A stretch of DNA of 33,445 nt from a virus (lineage: Duplodnaviria; Caudoviricetes), in IMG/VR virus record IMGVR_UViG_3300037751_000502, positions 1 through 33,445 of that record. The stretch is one strand, 5' to 3'. Under the pieces are notes generated by a model. The model made no database searches. It was not told where the DNA came from and was given only the letters and a program-made list of their open reading frames with translations. The position numbers and the translations under genes are program-made. Positions 18,745 through 26,170 of this stretch are shown here, piece by piece (position 1 is the first letter of the stretch; each line of letters opens with the position of its first letter).

Positions 18745-19115
18745 GTCGTGCCTTCACTGCCTCTGTGGTTGTCCTTGCCCCGGTAGATGTAGCCGCGACC
18801 GATCAGGGCTTCGTTGATATTGACGGGCGGGCCAGATTCGGTCTCCACCATCAGGATAGCCACCCAGCCACCGCGCCCTTGAGAGATTACATGGACTTTA
18901 CAGGCACCTAGACTGGCGAGGCGGCGGACTTCGTCGCGTACATCTCCCGCCTCTGTATCTGCCTTAGCTCTGTAGGCATTGGGCGTATCGACACCGAACA
19001 GCCTTACCCGGACACGCTTGAATAGCCCATCAATGCCTAAATCCACGAGGACAACCAAGTCATCCCCGGAATGCACTTCTTCTACAACGGCATCGTACAC
19101 CCTCGCCACTGTCAT
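18741..19115 (-). CDS. Thermonuclease (SNase)-like protein, probably degenerate
   Basis: VYDAVVEEVHSGDDLVVLVDLG...RVRVRLFGVDTPN...INEALIGRG matches the SNase pattern with altered catalytic positions. Confidence 0.75.
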   Translation of the reverse strand: MTVARVYDAVVEEVHSGDDLVVLVDLGIDGLFKRVRVRLFGVDTPNAYRAKADTEAGDVRDEVRRLASLGACKVHVISQGRGGWVAILMVETESGPPVNINEALIGRGYIYRGKDNHRGSEGTT

Positions 19116-19146
19116 GATGAATTTACCCCTTTACCTAGTCGCAGGG

Positions 19147-19176
19147 ATCATATACCAGCTTGACAGAACGTAGCAA
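19147..19176 (-). promoter_or_regulatory. Candidate sigma70-type promoter of the virion operon
   Basis: TTGCTA-N18-TATGAT between the strong terminator and the first virion-operon gene. Confidence 0.45.
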
Positions 19177-19195
19177 TGCGCTTCCGGACGTAAAT

Positions 19196-19209
19196 TGAAA
19201 ACGATTTCA
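19196..19209. promoter_or_regulatory. One-mismatch palindrome TGAAAACGATTTCA upstream of the candidate promoter
   Basis: Intergenic; flanked by T and A to give TTGAAAACGATTTCAA. Confidence 0.7.
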
Positions 19210-19221
19210 AAACCTATGGGC

Positions 19222-19246
19222 AAAAAAAAAGCCCGCCGAAGCGGGC
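19222..19246 (-). terminator. Strong rho-independent terminator ending the accessory block
   Basis: GCCCGC-TTCG-GCGGGC followed by T9. Confidence 0.92.
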
Positions 19247-19297
19247 TCTGTGGTGACGCGTGGGCGTTCACCGACAAAATGCGTTGTTCAATTGGGG

Positions 19298-19471
19298 TTA
19301 TGCAGCATGGTGGTGCCCACAGTCTGAGCAAACAAATACCCGCTTGCGGAATACCCAAAAGCTGACCGTAACGTACCAGCCGTCTCTATGTTTGCAACAC
19401 GCGCCATTAGCCCTCGTCATGGTGCGTATACCACCAAATTTCTGGTTGGCGTATTTATCCGCAATTTTCAT
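19298..19471 (-). CDS. Small Cys/His-containing hypothetical protein (57 aa)
   Basis: Manual translation MKIADKYANQKFGGIRTMTRANGACCKH...FVCSDCGHHHAA; ATGA coupling to the upstream gene; below the track size cutoff. Confidence 0.6.
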   Translation of the reverse strand: MKIADKYANQKFGGIRTMTRANGACCKHRDGWYVTVSFWVFRKRVFVCSDCGHHHAA

Positions 19472-19770
19472 CGCTTCTTCTCCAGCATAACTGTGCCTTC
19501 AACGGCGACGGCTTCGCCGCGCGTTAAGACGGCGTTGGGTGCCACTTTCCGCGCTCGCATGAGATCCTCGTCACGGAACGGCGTTACTCCGATCCCTCCG
19601 GGCTCTTGCAATACGTAGGTCGGCGGCTCGTGAGGCCGAAACCAGTGCGCCGCCACAACTTCGAGCACCGCGCGCGGGTTGTTGATCCCCTCGTGCTCGC
19701 CGGGCCGGCGCAGTCGCACACGGTCGCCAACCGCGAATTTGCCCGGCGGCATCGTGCAGTGCTGTACCAT
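19468..19770 (-). CDS. Hypothetical protein (SH3-like KFAVGDRVRL start)
   Basis: ATG 19770 with GGAGG RBS; 100 aa. Confidence 0.6.
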   Translation of the reverse strand: MVQHCTMPPGKFAVGDRVRLRRPGEHEGINNPRAVLEVVAAHWFRPHEPPTYVLQEPGGIGVTPFRDEDLMRARKVAPNAVLTRGEAVAVEGTVMLEKKR

Positions 19771-19987
19771 GCCAATCCTCCCCGAAATACGCACAGTGCG
19801 TTTCGAGTCCTTCCTTACGCGAGATATACCCGCCCCATGGTACCGGGGCGTCGCCGATCCAGTGCATCGAGGCGGGTAGCTGTGGCATCTTCCATGGGTA
19901 GGTGCAGCGCCCCTGCCCGGAAGGGGGTAGCCGGCCGGCTGTGGTCCTCTCCCATTCTGCGTACTTGCATTTCGTGCAGTCTTTCAT
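19571..19987 (-). CDS. Cys-rich hypothetical protein
   Basis: MKDCTKCKYAEW...GRCTYPW...HCAYF with GGAG RBS. The C-terminal ~200 nt overlap the next gene, so the end is doubtful. Confidence 0.5.
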   Translation of the reverse strand: MKDCTKCKYAEWERTTAGRLPPSGQGRCTYPWKMPQLPASMHWIGDAPVPWGGYISRKEGLETHCAYFGEDWHGTALHDAAGQIRGWRPCATAPARRARGDQQPARGARSCGGALVSASRAADLRIARARRDRSNAVP

Positions 19988-20020
19988 CTGTAGGTACTCC
20001 TTCCACATCGCCAAAGTAAG

Positions 20021-20227
20021 CTAGGGCTTCAAGGCCACGGTACTGTCCTGTCGACGAAATTCGTACTGGGGGAACCGTTCTCGCCACCCTTGTGCATCCG
20101 CCGCCGCGAGTTCAGAAAACAACTTCAGGATGGCGTACTGGTGCTCCACCAACCCCAACTTCTGCCGTAGGTGCTCCGCCTCCGCGTGCGCCTTACGGAT
20201 TGCTGCGCGTTTCCGTGACGAACTCAT
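20021..20227 (-). CDS. Hypothetical protein
   Basis: MSSSRKRAAIRK..., 68 aa, purine-rich RBS. Confidence 0.55.
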   Translation of the reverse strand: MSSSRKRAAIRKAHAEAEHLRQKLGLVEHQYAILKLFSELAAADAQGWRERFPQYEFRRQDSTVALKP

Positions 20228-20255
20228 GGTCTCTTCCCTCTTTCCCCGGGGCCCA

Positions 20256-20591
20256 TCACTTGATACGTACCGTTGATTGCCTGCCACTGACTACAAGCCT
20301 GCTACCCCTGTTGTTGCGCCAACAGCGCAACCCCCTCTTGCGGGAAAGAAGTTCTGCATGGATACTTCCACCGTCAAATACCAGAACATCGCAGGTATTA
20401 CTGATAATCCCCCATTTACCCTCACGAGTGCCCAGTATGGTGGCGATCGGAAACCCTGACTCGTGTCTACGCTTTGTGTAGTGGATCTGCACGTCATCGT
20501 ACCCACCCGGGTCATGCTCCTCCCCCCATAGCGGAAGCGCCGCGATCTCTGCGACGCTCATCAGTTCTGGGTCCTTACCGTACGTAGTCAT
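20256..20591 (-). CDS. Hypothetical protein
   Basis: 111 aa; ATGA coupling to the upstream gene. Confidence 0.65.
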   Translation of the reverse strand: MTTYGKDPELMSVAEIAALPLWGEEHDPGGYDDVQIHYTKRRHESGFPIATILGTREGKWGIISNTCDVLVFDGGSIHAELLSRKRGLRCWRNNRGSRLVVSGRQSTVRIK

Positions 20592-20908
20592 ACGCCATCC
20601 CCCTTACAAGAACACTTATCTTCCACCTTGATAACCCTCCTAGCCACTACCGTCGGCCCCGCCCGGGCAACCGACTGCCTTCGATAATACGTCCGGGCTT
20701 TCTCTAGGACACGCGCAATGAAAGCCCGCGCGGACTCCTCGGTCAGAAACCTCGCGGCATCTGCCGCATACCGGGTTTCCATGTTTCTCTGCAGCATCCA
20801 TCCGGATGTGTCGGCGTCCTTCTGAAGGAAGCGCCATGATCTGAACAGGCCCGGCTTGAACTGGGGGAAGAACTCCCCGTCCCGGGTCTCGATGATTCGG
20901 ACTTTCAT
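20588..20908 (-). CDS. Hypothetical protein
   Basis: MKVRIIETRDGEFFPQFK...; GAGG RBS behind a palindrome. Confidence 0.65.
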   Translation of the reverse strand: MKVRIIETRDGEFFPQFKPGLFRSWRFLQKDADTSGWMLQRNMETRYAADAARFLTEESARAFIARVLEKARTYYRRQSVARAGPTVVARRVIKVEDKCSCKGDGV

Positions 20909-20931
20909 GATCCATCCCCTCTTGCCGATTA

Positions 20932-20945
20932 TGAAATCGATTTCA
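20932..20945. promoter_or_regulatory. Perfect palindrome TGAAATCGATTTCA (copy 4)
   Basis: Its TGA is the stop codon of gene 20943-21167; 23 nt upstream of ATG 20908. Confidence 0.85.
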
Positions 20946-21167
20946 CTGCTTGGGCAGCGTGTATTCGCCGTCGTGTCGTACGCGAAGGGGGATATCGTCC
21001 GGGTAGGCCCGAAACCACTCTTCCTCATAGCTGCCGGGCGTCGGGGCGATTGCACAGCGGTGTATGTCTACTCGGTACAGCCGGGCAAGCTCCTCCGCCC
21101 CGACATAGTGACACTTGCCATCTGCTAAGGGCTGGGACCACCCCGGGTACAGCACATATCTTGGCAT
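20943..21167 (-). CDS. Hypothetical protein, single RYxLxPG...DG..HY domain
   Basis: MPRYVLYPG...DGKCHYVGAEELARLYRV...LRVRHDGEYTL; AGGAG RBS. Confidence 0.7.
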   Translation of the reverse strand: MPRYVLYPGWSQPLADGKCHYVGAEELARLYRVDIHRCAIAPTPGSYEEEWFRAYPDDIPLRVRHDGEYTLPKQ

Positions 21168-21176
21168 GATGCTCTC

Positions 21177-21782
21177 CTACTCCTTTCGTCTGACACGTAT
21201 GATTCGCTTGCTGAAGTCTTGCGGGGGCGCCGTCTTTTTAGGGGGCGTCTGCTCTTCGTAAGGGTGTAGTAGGTTGTAGTCCCCGTCCGGCCTAGGATGC
21301 AGATGGATGTCGTTGTGCATCTGCTCGTACCCAAACATCTCGTCTGACTGCCCAACAATTACGCAGGGTCCGTTGCGAGGGACCCGGTATAGGTTCCTCA
21401 ACTGGTTGGCACTGATATAGTGTAGCTGCCCATCGAGGTTACTGATCACGCTACCCGGGTGCAGAATGTACCGTACCGGGGGGTCATAGTCCTCATCCTC
21501 CTCCGGATCTCCCTCGTCCTCCTCCTGATCGGCCTCGTCGTGCCTCCCATCGTAAACGTAGTTGCTATTGTATCCGCCATCATGGTGCAGCTCCGTTGTT
21601 CGTACCTGTAGTACGCCACCTACTGGAGGATAGAGGTGTACGTCGTCCGCCTGCGTAGGGGTTTCCTCCGATGCGGGGTCAAACTCGACGACGCCGTGCC
21701 GCATAGCCAGCGCGGCGGCGCTGTAATACATACTGCTACCGTCCTCTTCCGTACCGAAGCCGGCATGTGCAATATACCTCAT
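21177..21782 (-). CDS. Hypothetical protein with two copies of the same domain and an acidic linker
   Basis: MRYIAHAG...DGSSMYYSAAALA... and RYILHPG...DGQLHYISANQLRNLYRV...HLHPRPDGDYNL. Confidence 0.7.
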   Translation of the reverse strand: MRYIAHAGFGTEEDGSSMYYSAAALAMRHGVVEFDPASEETPTQADDVHLYPPVGGVLQVRTTELHHDGGYNSNYVYDGRHDEADQEEDEGDPEEDEDYDPPVRYILHPGSVISNLDGQLHYISANQLRNLYRVPRNGPCVIVGQSDEMFGYEQMHNDIHLHPRPDGDYNLLHPYEEQTPPKKTAPPQDFSKRIIRVRRKE

Positions 21783-22144
21783 GTTCTGACTCTCCTGACC
21801 CGCACCTTGGCGGGTGTCGCCACCTTGACCTGAAGGTCGTCAATATGTCTAGTCAACTGGAGCGCCTTGCGTGTCACCCATTCGTCTTGCGGTAGGTGGC
21901 ACCCGGTCTCTCCCGCCCAATCTGCAAACTCTGCGTCGTAAAACCCAACCGTAACCCCATGCGCCTGCTGCAGCGTCGTCAGCTCATTGGCCCACACCTG
22001 CCATTGATCGTCGGAGACCACGGGGCTGTCCCGTACGTAGTACAGGTAAGAGTGAATCAGCATCTGTGACCGGCGCTGCTTGATCTTCTCTGCAACCGCT
22101 GCAGGCATGCGCGCGGCGCTGCGAACACGACGAATGCGCTCCAT
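21779..22144 (-). CDS. Stand-alone NAD-dependent DNA ligase domain Ia-like protein
   Basis: IHSYLYYVRDSPVVSDDQWQ resembles LigA HxYxYYVxDxPxISDxEYD; start at 22144 just after the upstream TAG. Confidence 0.7.
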   Translation of the reverse strand: MERIRRVRSAARMPAAVAEKIKQRRSQMLIHSYLYYVRDSPVVSDDQWQVWANELTTLQQAHGVTVGFYDAEFADWAGETGCHLPQDEWVTRKALQLTRHIDDLQVKVATPAKVRVRRVRT

Positions 22145-22146
22145 GG

Positions 22147-22563
22147 CTACACCGAGCAATGTACGCCCGACACGTATCGGACGTTGTCTGGATGAACAGC
22201 CCCTAGCTGCCAGAACCGATGTCGCCTTCCGCCCGCTACTTCGTAGCTGTCGGTCTGGGCGAGTAGTCCGCGCGTATGCAGATGATGGATGAAGTTGCGG
22301 CAATCCCGCATGGAGATCCCTGTAGCCAGTGAAATCTGCTTGGCTGTGGCCCGGCCGCCCCGGGCGAGGAAGGCCAGATAGATTTTCTGCGTATGCGACC
22401 CGTCGACAATCGCAACCGTGTTCTCTGGGTCGGCTACGTCACCCGTGACATGAGAGGGCCACCGATTTGCGGGCCCGTACATGACCGACATAACCCCTCG
22501 CCCAAAATCGTTGTACTCGGGAAGGTCCTGTGTGCTGTCGTTCTCTTCGACCGGTGTCGGCAT
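22147..22563 (-). CDS. Putative winged-helix DNA-binding protein
   Basis: QKIYLAFLARGGRATAKQISLATGISMRDCRNFIHHLHTRGLL...RRHRFWQL; GAGG RBS. Confidence 0.65.
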   Translation of the reverse strand: MPTPVEENDSTQDLPEYNDFGRGVMSVMYGPANRWPSHVTGDVADPENTVAIVDGSHTQKIYLAFLARGGRATAKQISLATGISMRDCRNFIHHLHTRGLLAQTDSYEVAGGRRHRFWQLGAVHPDNVRYVSGVHCSV

Positions 22564-22594
22564 GGCTTCCTCTTTTTGAAATCGATTTCAGTAC
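22561..22594. repeat. 34-bp direct repeat copy A (palindrome copy 5 at 22577-22590, RBS and ATG)
   Basis: CATGGCTTCCTCTTTTTGAAATCGATTTCAGTAC is identical to 31721-31754. Confidence 0.92.
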
Positions 22595-22601
22595 GGCCTT
22601 G

Positions 22602-22781
22602 TCAGGCTCGGGCGGCGGCCCAGAAAACCATAAAGGCCCGAACAAGCTCTGTCTCTTCTCTAGCGAGCGAAAAGATTTCCGCCACCGTCATCTCCCCCCG
22701 CGCGGCCTGAAGCACTACCTTACCTTGGGGGGACTGGAAGAACGCCAAGATGTCGCTTTCCGTAAGGTGGTCGAATTCCAT
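22602..22781 (-). CDS. Small hypothetical protein (59 aa)
   Basis: Manual translation MEFDHLTESDILAFFQSPQGK...FMVFWAAARA; starts 1 nt after the kinase stop, with GAGG RBS. Confidence 0.6.
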   Translation of the reverse strand: MEFDHLTESDILAFFQSPQGKVVLQAARGEMTVAEIFSLAREETELVRAFMVFWAAARA

Positions 22782-22782
22782 C

Positions 22783-23367
22783 CTACCCCCTCAGTCCTAG
22801 CTTCTCTGCGCGCAGTTCGATCTGCACATAGAGATGGTCATGTGTGCCGTCGTTCAGAAGACGGAAACTGGCAAGTTCGGGATCGACCCCTTTCTCGCTG
22901 CTGTGCGGGTCGTAGACCTCGGTGCGCGGGTTGCTCACGTGGACCAGCACCCCGTGCCGCTTGACCCAACACACCTCGTGGTATAGGCGCACGTCCTGTA
23001 TGACGATTCTTGCGGGGCCGGTAGGGTTCCACCTCTTAGCGTAGTCCCTGATGCGTGTATCAAGTAGCCCTACCCATAGGTCCTCGTGAACCATTTCCCG
23101 CCCCCATTCGGTCCCCAGCGTCTGCAGAAGTTGTCGAAGGGTCTTGCCGCCCGCGCCGGGGACTGGCTCGGTGTCCTTATTCGCCTGCCAGTAATCGCTC
23201 CGGAAGTCCTGCCCGAACATGGTACCCAGTGCGTCGTACATCGGGTCGGCGGCTGCCTTGTCCGTAAACCCGTGCCGGGTTCGCAGATACCGGGCGACGG
23301 TACTCTTGCCCGCCAGCTTCTTGCCGGCGATGCCTATGATCACGCAGTTCTTGATTGGTTCTTTCAC
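22783..23367 (-). CDS. Deoxynucleoside monophosphate kinase
   Basis: IIGIAGKKLAGKST P-loop, RQLLQTLGTEWGR, DLWV and IVIQDVR motifs; GAGGAG RBS. Confidence 0.9.
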   Translation of the reverse strand: MKEPIKNCVIIGIAGKKLAGKSTVARYLRTRHGFTDKAAADPMYDALGTMFGQDFRSDYWQANKDTEPVPGAGGKTLRQLLQTLGTEWGREMVHEDLWVGLLDTRIRDYAKRWNPTGPARIVIQDVRLYHEVCWVKRHGVLVHVSNPRTEVYDPHSSEKGVDPELASFRLLNDGTHDHLYVQIELRAEKLGLRG

Positions 23368-23419
23368 TTCTACTCCTCGGTCAATCTACAAAGTGATGGG
23401 TACGCGCTTGGCGCCATAT

Positions 23420-24223
23420 TCAGTCCCATCCGTGCTGCACGACCCGCCATGCATCTTCGTCATGGTGTGCGAACTGCTCGGCGTCCTCGCGCCGGGCAAA
23501 ACGCAACGCCTTGTTATGGTCTTCGGTCCAATCCCAGATCCCGCCGTTGTCGTTGTTGATGAAGCGGTACGCCAAACCTTCCCCGGCATTCTTGCCGTTC
23601 TCGACCAGCCATCCGTATTCAGTTACCTTCGCAGATTTCACCGCCCCGAAAGAGGCATGCCGTTCATCCTCCTCTGCGGCAGCGATCGGACGTAGGTCAA
23701 AGACCAGCTCCTCAACTGTACCTAGACTCGCGGTAAGGTGGTCCCTCACCCTATCAAGGTACTCATACGTCACGGGGCACGGCATACCGGTATTGAACCA
23801 TGCATTGATCGCATCCTTGTACTGCTGACACACTTTCGGGTCGTCGAGCGCCGCCGACAACCACGGTGACAGTCCGTAGGCGGCCTCCCACATTTCGTCC
23901 TGCTCGGCTGGCGCGCCGCCGGCGGCGCGGATATCCCTCACACCCTCCCCCTCGACGCATCGACGGATCTCACAAGGCAGATCGGTGTCGGGTACTTTGG
24001 ATTCGATGTCTTGCTGGTGCGCATCGACCCTGCCGACCAGCAGTTGAATTGCTTCAAGGTGCGCCGGGTTCGCTCCAAGCTGCTCGCACTCGGCAAGGTA
24101 GGTGCGCAGCATCGCGGGCACGGCCTTGTCCTTTGCGAGAAACAGGATCGAGTCCTCTTCCGTATGTGTGTTCTTGCTACACGGATTTACGGCATTGATC
24201 TTGTACTTCCAGTCGATAGTCAT
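23420..24223 (-). CDS. Multi-segment hypothetical protein
   Basis: 267 aa with distinct N-terminal (FLAKDKAVPAML) and C-terminal (WTEDHNKALRFARREDAE) segments; ATGA coupling. Confidence 0.75.
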   Translation of the reverse strand: MTIDWKYKINAVNPCSKNTHTEEDSILFLAKDKAVPAMLRTYLAECEQLGANPAHLEAIQLLVGRVDAHQQDIESKVPDTDLPCEIRRCVEGEGVRDIRAAGGAPAEQDEMWEAAYGLSPWLSAALDDPKVCQQYKDAINAWFNTGMPCPVTYEYLDRVRDHLTASLGTVEELVFDLRPIAAAEEDERHASFGAVKSAKVTEYGWLVENGKNAGEGLAYRFINNDNGGIWDWTEDHNKALRFARREDAEQFAHHDEDAWRVVQHGWD

Positions 24224-24528
24224 GCTCCACTCCTTGTACGGCGAACACGCCCAGCGGGCGCGGGTTGGGTTTCTTCTCTCGGCGGTACGGTCTTGATCTT
24301 GGCATCATTGCGCAGTTTGGGGAGAAGCAAAGTATTGTGCGAGGTAGGTACCATGGCCACCCGTGGCGTGAGGCTGCGGTCGTCCCCCCAGCGAAGCTCG
24401 ATCCCGTCATCTTTAATACTAATGGCGAGGATGATGCCCCCGTGCTCCACACATACCTGCCCGCCGGGGATCTCTACCTTGTGATCCACAAACTTTGGCC
24501 CCACTACCATACGGTATATCTTCGACAC
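24220..24528 (-). CDS. Hypothetical protein
   Basis: GTG start with AAGGA RBS behind a palindrome; ends RVRRTRSGA. Confidence 0.7.
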   Translation of the reverse strand: MSKIYRMVVGPKFVDHKVEIPGGQVCVEHGGIILAISIKDDGIELRWGDDRSLTPRVAMVPTSHNTLLLPKLRNDAKIKTVPPREETQPAPAGRVRRTRSGA

Positions 24529-24542
24529 AATCGTTCCTTGTT

Positions 24543-24556
24543 TGAAATCGATTTCA
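24543..24556. promoter_or_regulatory. Perfect palindrome TGAAATCGATTTCA (copy 6)
   Basis: Intergenic, 14 nt upstream of GTG 24528. Confidence 0.85.
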
Positions 24557-24571
24557 ATTCTACCAGATGGT

Positions 24572-24841
24572 CTAGTCTAGCGCCCCCGGCGGCAACGCCC
24601 CTTTAAGGTACGCCCTGCCGACGCTCTTTGCCGCGCCACGTCGCCGGGCGGCAAAAGTGCAAGGGCTGGTGCCGTTCTTTACCATGATGGTAGCCGCATT
24701 CAGCATCAGGAGGGCCCTGTCATGGCATCGTCTACATACGTGCCGGCCACGGTGGTCTGCGACCTGTACGCTGACATACTTGGATTGATGGCACGAGTGG
24801 CACACGAAGCGTTCTTCACCCATTCTCTTCTCCAAGTGCAT
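24572..24841 (-). CDS. Zinc-finger hypothetical protein
   Basis: CHSC...CRRC pairs; the start may instead be ATG 24823. Confidence 0.6.
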   Translation of the reverse strand: MHLEKRMGEERFVCHSCHQSKYVSVQVADHRGRHVCRRCHDRALLMLNAATIMVKNGTSPCTFAARRRGAAKSVGRAYLKGALPPGALD

Positions 24842-25079
24842 CGTCAGGACGGTAATGGACAGTTCTAGAGTAGTAGAACCGCCCGTCTTCTCCTTTTCTA
24901 TATACTTCTTCAGGAGGCTTCCACGCGATAGCGCCGTCTATATCCAGAGCTTTGGACTCCTCCATCGTTATGCGTTTCTGCAGGTACGCGACCCTCTGAT
25001 ACGCATATGTAGTGTGTACCTCACCATCATGGGTCCCGCCCACCAAGCTTACCACGCCTACTTTTCTCGCTTTGGTCAC
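24816..25079 (-). CDS. Hypothetical protein
   Basis: LVGGTHDG motif; GAGGAG RBS. Confidence 0.65.
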   Translation of the reverse strand: MTKARKVGVVSLVGGTHDGEVHTTYAYQRVAYLQKRITMEESKALDIDGAIAWKPPEEVYRKGEDGRFYYSRTVHYRPDDALGEENG

Positions 25080-25152
25080 CTTTATTCTCCTCGTTCTCGG
25101 ATCGTGCTGGCGGCTTTGTACTCGTCGCTATCAGGTAGCGGGCCCTTGCATG

Positions 25153-25431
25153 TTACCCTCCATTTACCGCTCTCAAGTAATCCTCTCGTAGCATCCGGAT
25201 ATGCACTACGCCGAGATTTACCTTCGCATCTTCGTATCTGTCTTTCAAGAATTGCGGCAGGGCCTCCCGCCACCCACGGATGTAGGACTCTACCAGTTCG
25301 ACGTTAGGGTCCTCTACCCATATCGTCTGACCGTCTGGAAGAACGATGCATGCGACGTCGACTACCCCGGGTTTAGATGCCGGCCACGGCATATCCCCGA
25401 GGTCGAAGGGCTTGTTAGGGTTTTGGCTCAC
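25153..25431 (-). CDS. Hypothetical protein
   Basis: GTG 25431 with GGAG RBS; 92 aa. Confidence 0.6.
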   Translation of the reverse strand: MSQNPNKPFDLGDMPWPASKPGVVDVACIVLPDGQTIWVEDPNVELVESYIRGWREALPQFLKDRYEDAKVNLGVVHIRMLREDYLRAVNGG

Positions 25432-25693
25432 TGCATTCTCCAAATTCACGGACTGCCTGCGAGGCGGCGCATCGTTCTCGCGTCATACTCAATTCTGCAC
25501 ATTTCGTAACCCACTCGTCACGCTCCGCCCGCGCTTTCAATGCCTCGCGCTGCCAATACTCCGCAAGCAGGAATATCCTTGTCGGGGAGTCGGTAGGGTC
25601 AAGTTCTGGATCGTCAATATGGATTGTCATCGTTCGTTCCTCTTCCAATGCTGCGTTAAACGCCTCCTCGTATTCACTAGCATCGTCACTCAT
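25415..25693 (-). CDS. Hypothetical protein
   Basis: 92 aa; ATGA coupling and GGAGG RBS. Confidence 0.6.
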   Translation of the reverse strand: MSDDASEYEEAFNAALEEERTMTIHIDDPELDPTDSPTRIFLLAEYWQREALKARAERDEWVTKCAELSMTRERCAASQAVREFGECSEPKP

Positions 25694-25929
25694 TTCGGCC
25701 TATCCCTCCGCCTCTTGCAGCTCTCCGCCAAGGACTGTACCCCGGCGAGGATGCCTTCCTCGAAGGCTTTGTTGTGCATCTGCCTGAGCATCTGAGCGGC
25801 CATCTCGTACTCGTCGGCCAGCTTCTCGTTTTCTTTGGCGGCATGTTCAGTGATGGTGTGCGCGTTCGGCGTAGTCATGCGGCGAAGGTCTGCTGCATGC
25901 ATCTGCAGCAGTTGAATAGCCTTAATCAT
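25690..25929 (-). CDS. Hypothetical protein
   Basis: MIKAIQLLQ..., helical; overlaps the upstream stop. Confidence 0.6.
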   Translation of the reverse strand: MIKAIQLLQMHAADLRRMTTPNAHTITEHAAKENEKLADEYEMAAQMLRQMHNKAFEEGILAGVQSLAESCKRRRDRPK

Positions 25930-26170
25930 TTCGGCCACCTACTTCACTTGGATCGACAAACTTCACCCTATCAACTGGCACGTTTTCCAACTGCCCATCA
26001 GGCCACTCAACAATCGCAGTCGAGTAGTTCCCCGGGCCGCCGTCGAATTCCTCAAAGCAGACGCCGAACTGGTGAAACAGGGCCTCCCCTTTGGGTTCCA
26101 TCACGTATTTCTTTCTCGTTGAGTTTGGAATGTCTCTTGCTGCGAATTGGCTTACGATTACTTTTCTCAT
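25922..26170 (-). CDS. Conserved phage hypothetical protein
   Basis: LFHQFGVCFEEFDGGPGNYSTAIVEWPDGQLENVPV is a recognisable phage family pattern; ATGA coupling. Confidence 0.75.
   Translation of the reverse strand: MRKVIVSQFAARDIPNSTRKKYVMEPKGEALFHQFGVCFEEFDGGPGNYSTAIVEWPDGQLENVPVDRVKFVDPSEVGGRND

Noticed and set aside
19160-19165. Perfect TTGACA on the plus strand
   Set aside because: No -10 element at 16-18 bp spacing and no credible plus-strand gene downstream.
19571-19770. About 200-nt overlap of 19571-19987 with the next gene (similarly 28386-28531)
   Set aside because: The overlapping tails are low-complexity Arg/Ala/Gly sequence, most simply run-on after loss of a stop, not designed dual coding.
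13003-20023. Genome-wide TAG reassignment, suggested by the two-TAG gene and by TAG stops at 13013 and 20021 being in frame with the next ORF
   Set aside because: TAG cleanly ends the capsid, chaperone, kinase and winged-helix genes, and long genes contain no internal TAG. In-frame neighbours are expected one time in three.
25082-25273. 63-aa ORF overlapping gene 25153-25431
   Set aside because: Mostly overlaps a better-supported gene and lacks a clear RBS; at most a remnant.
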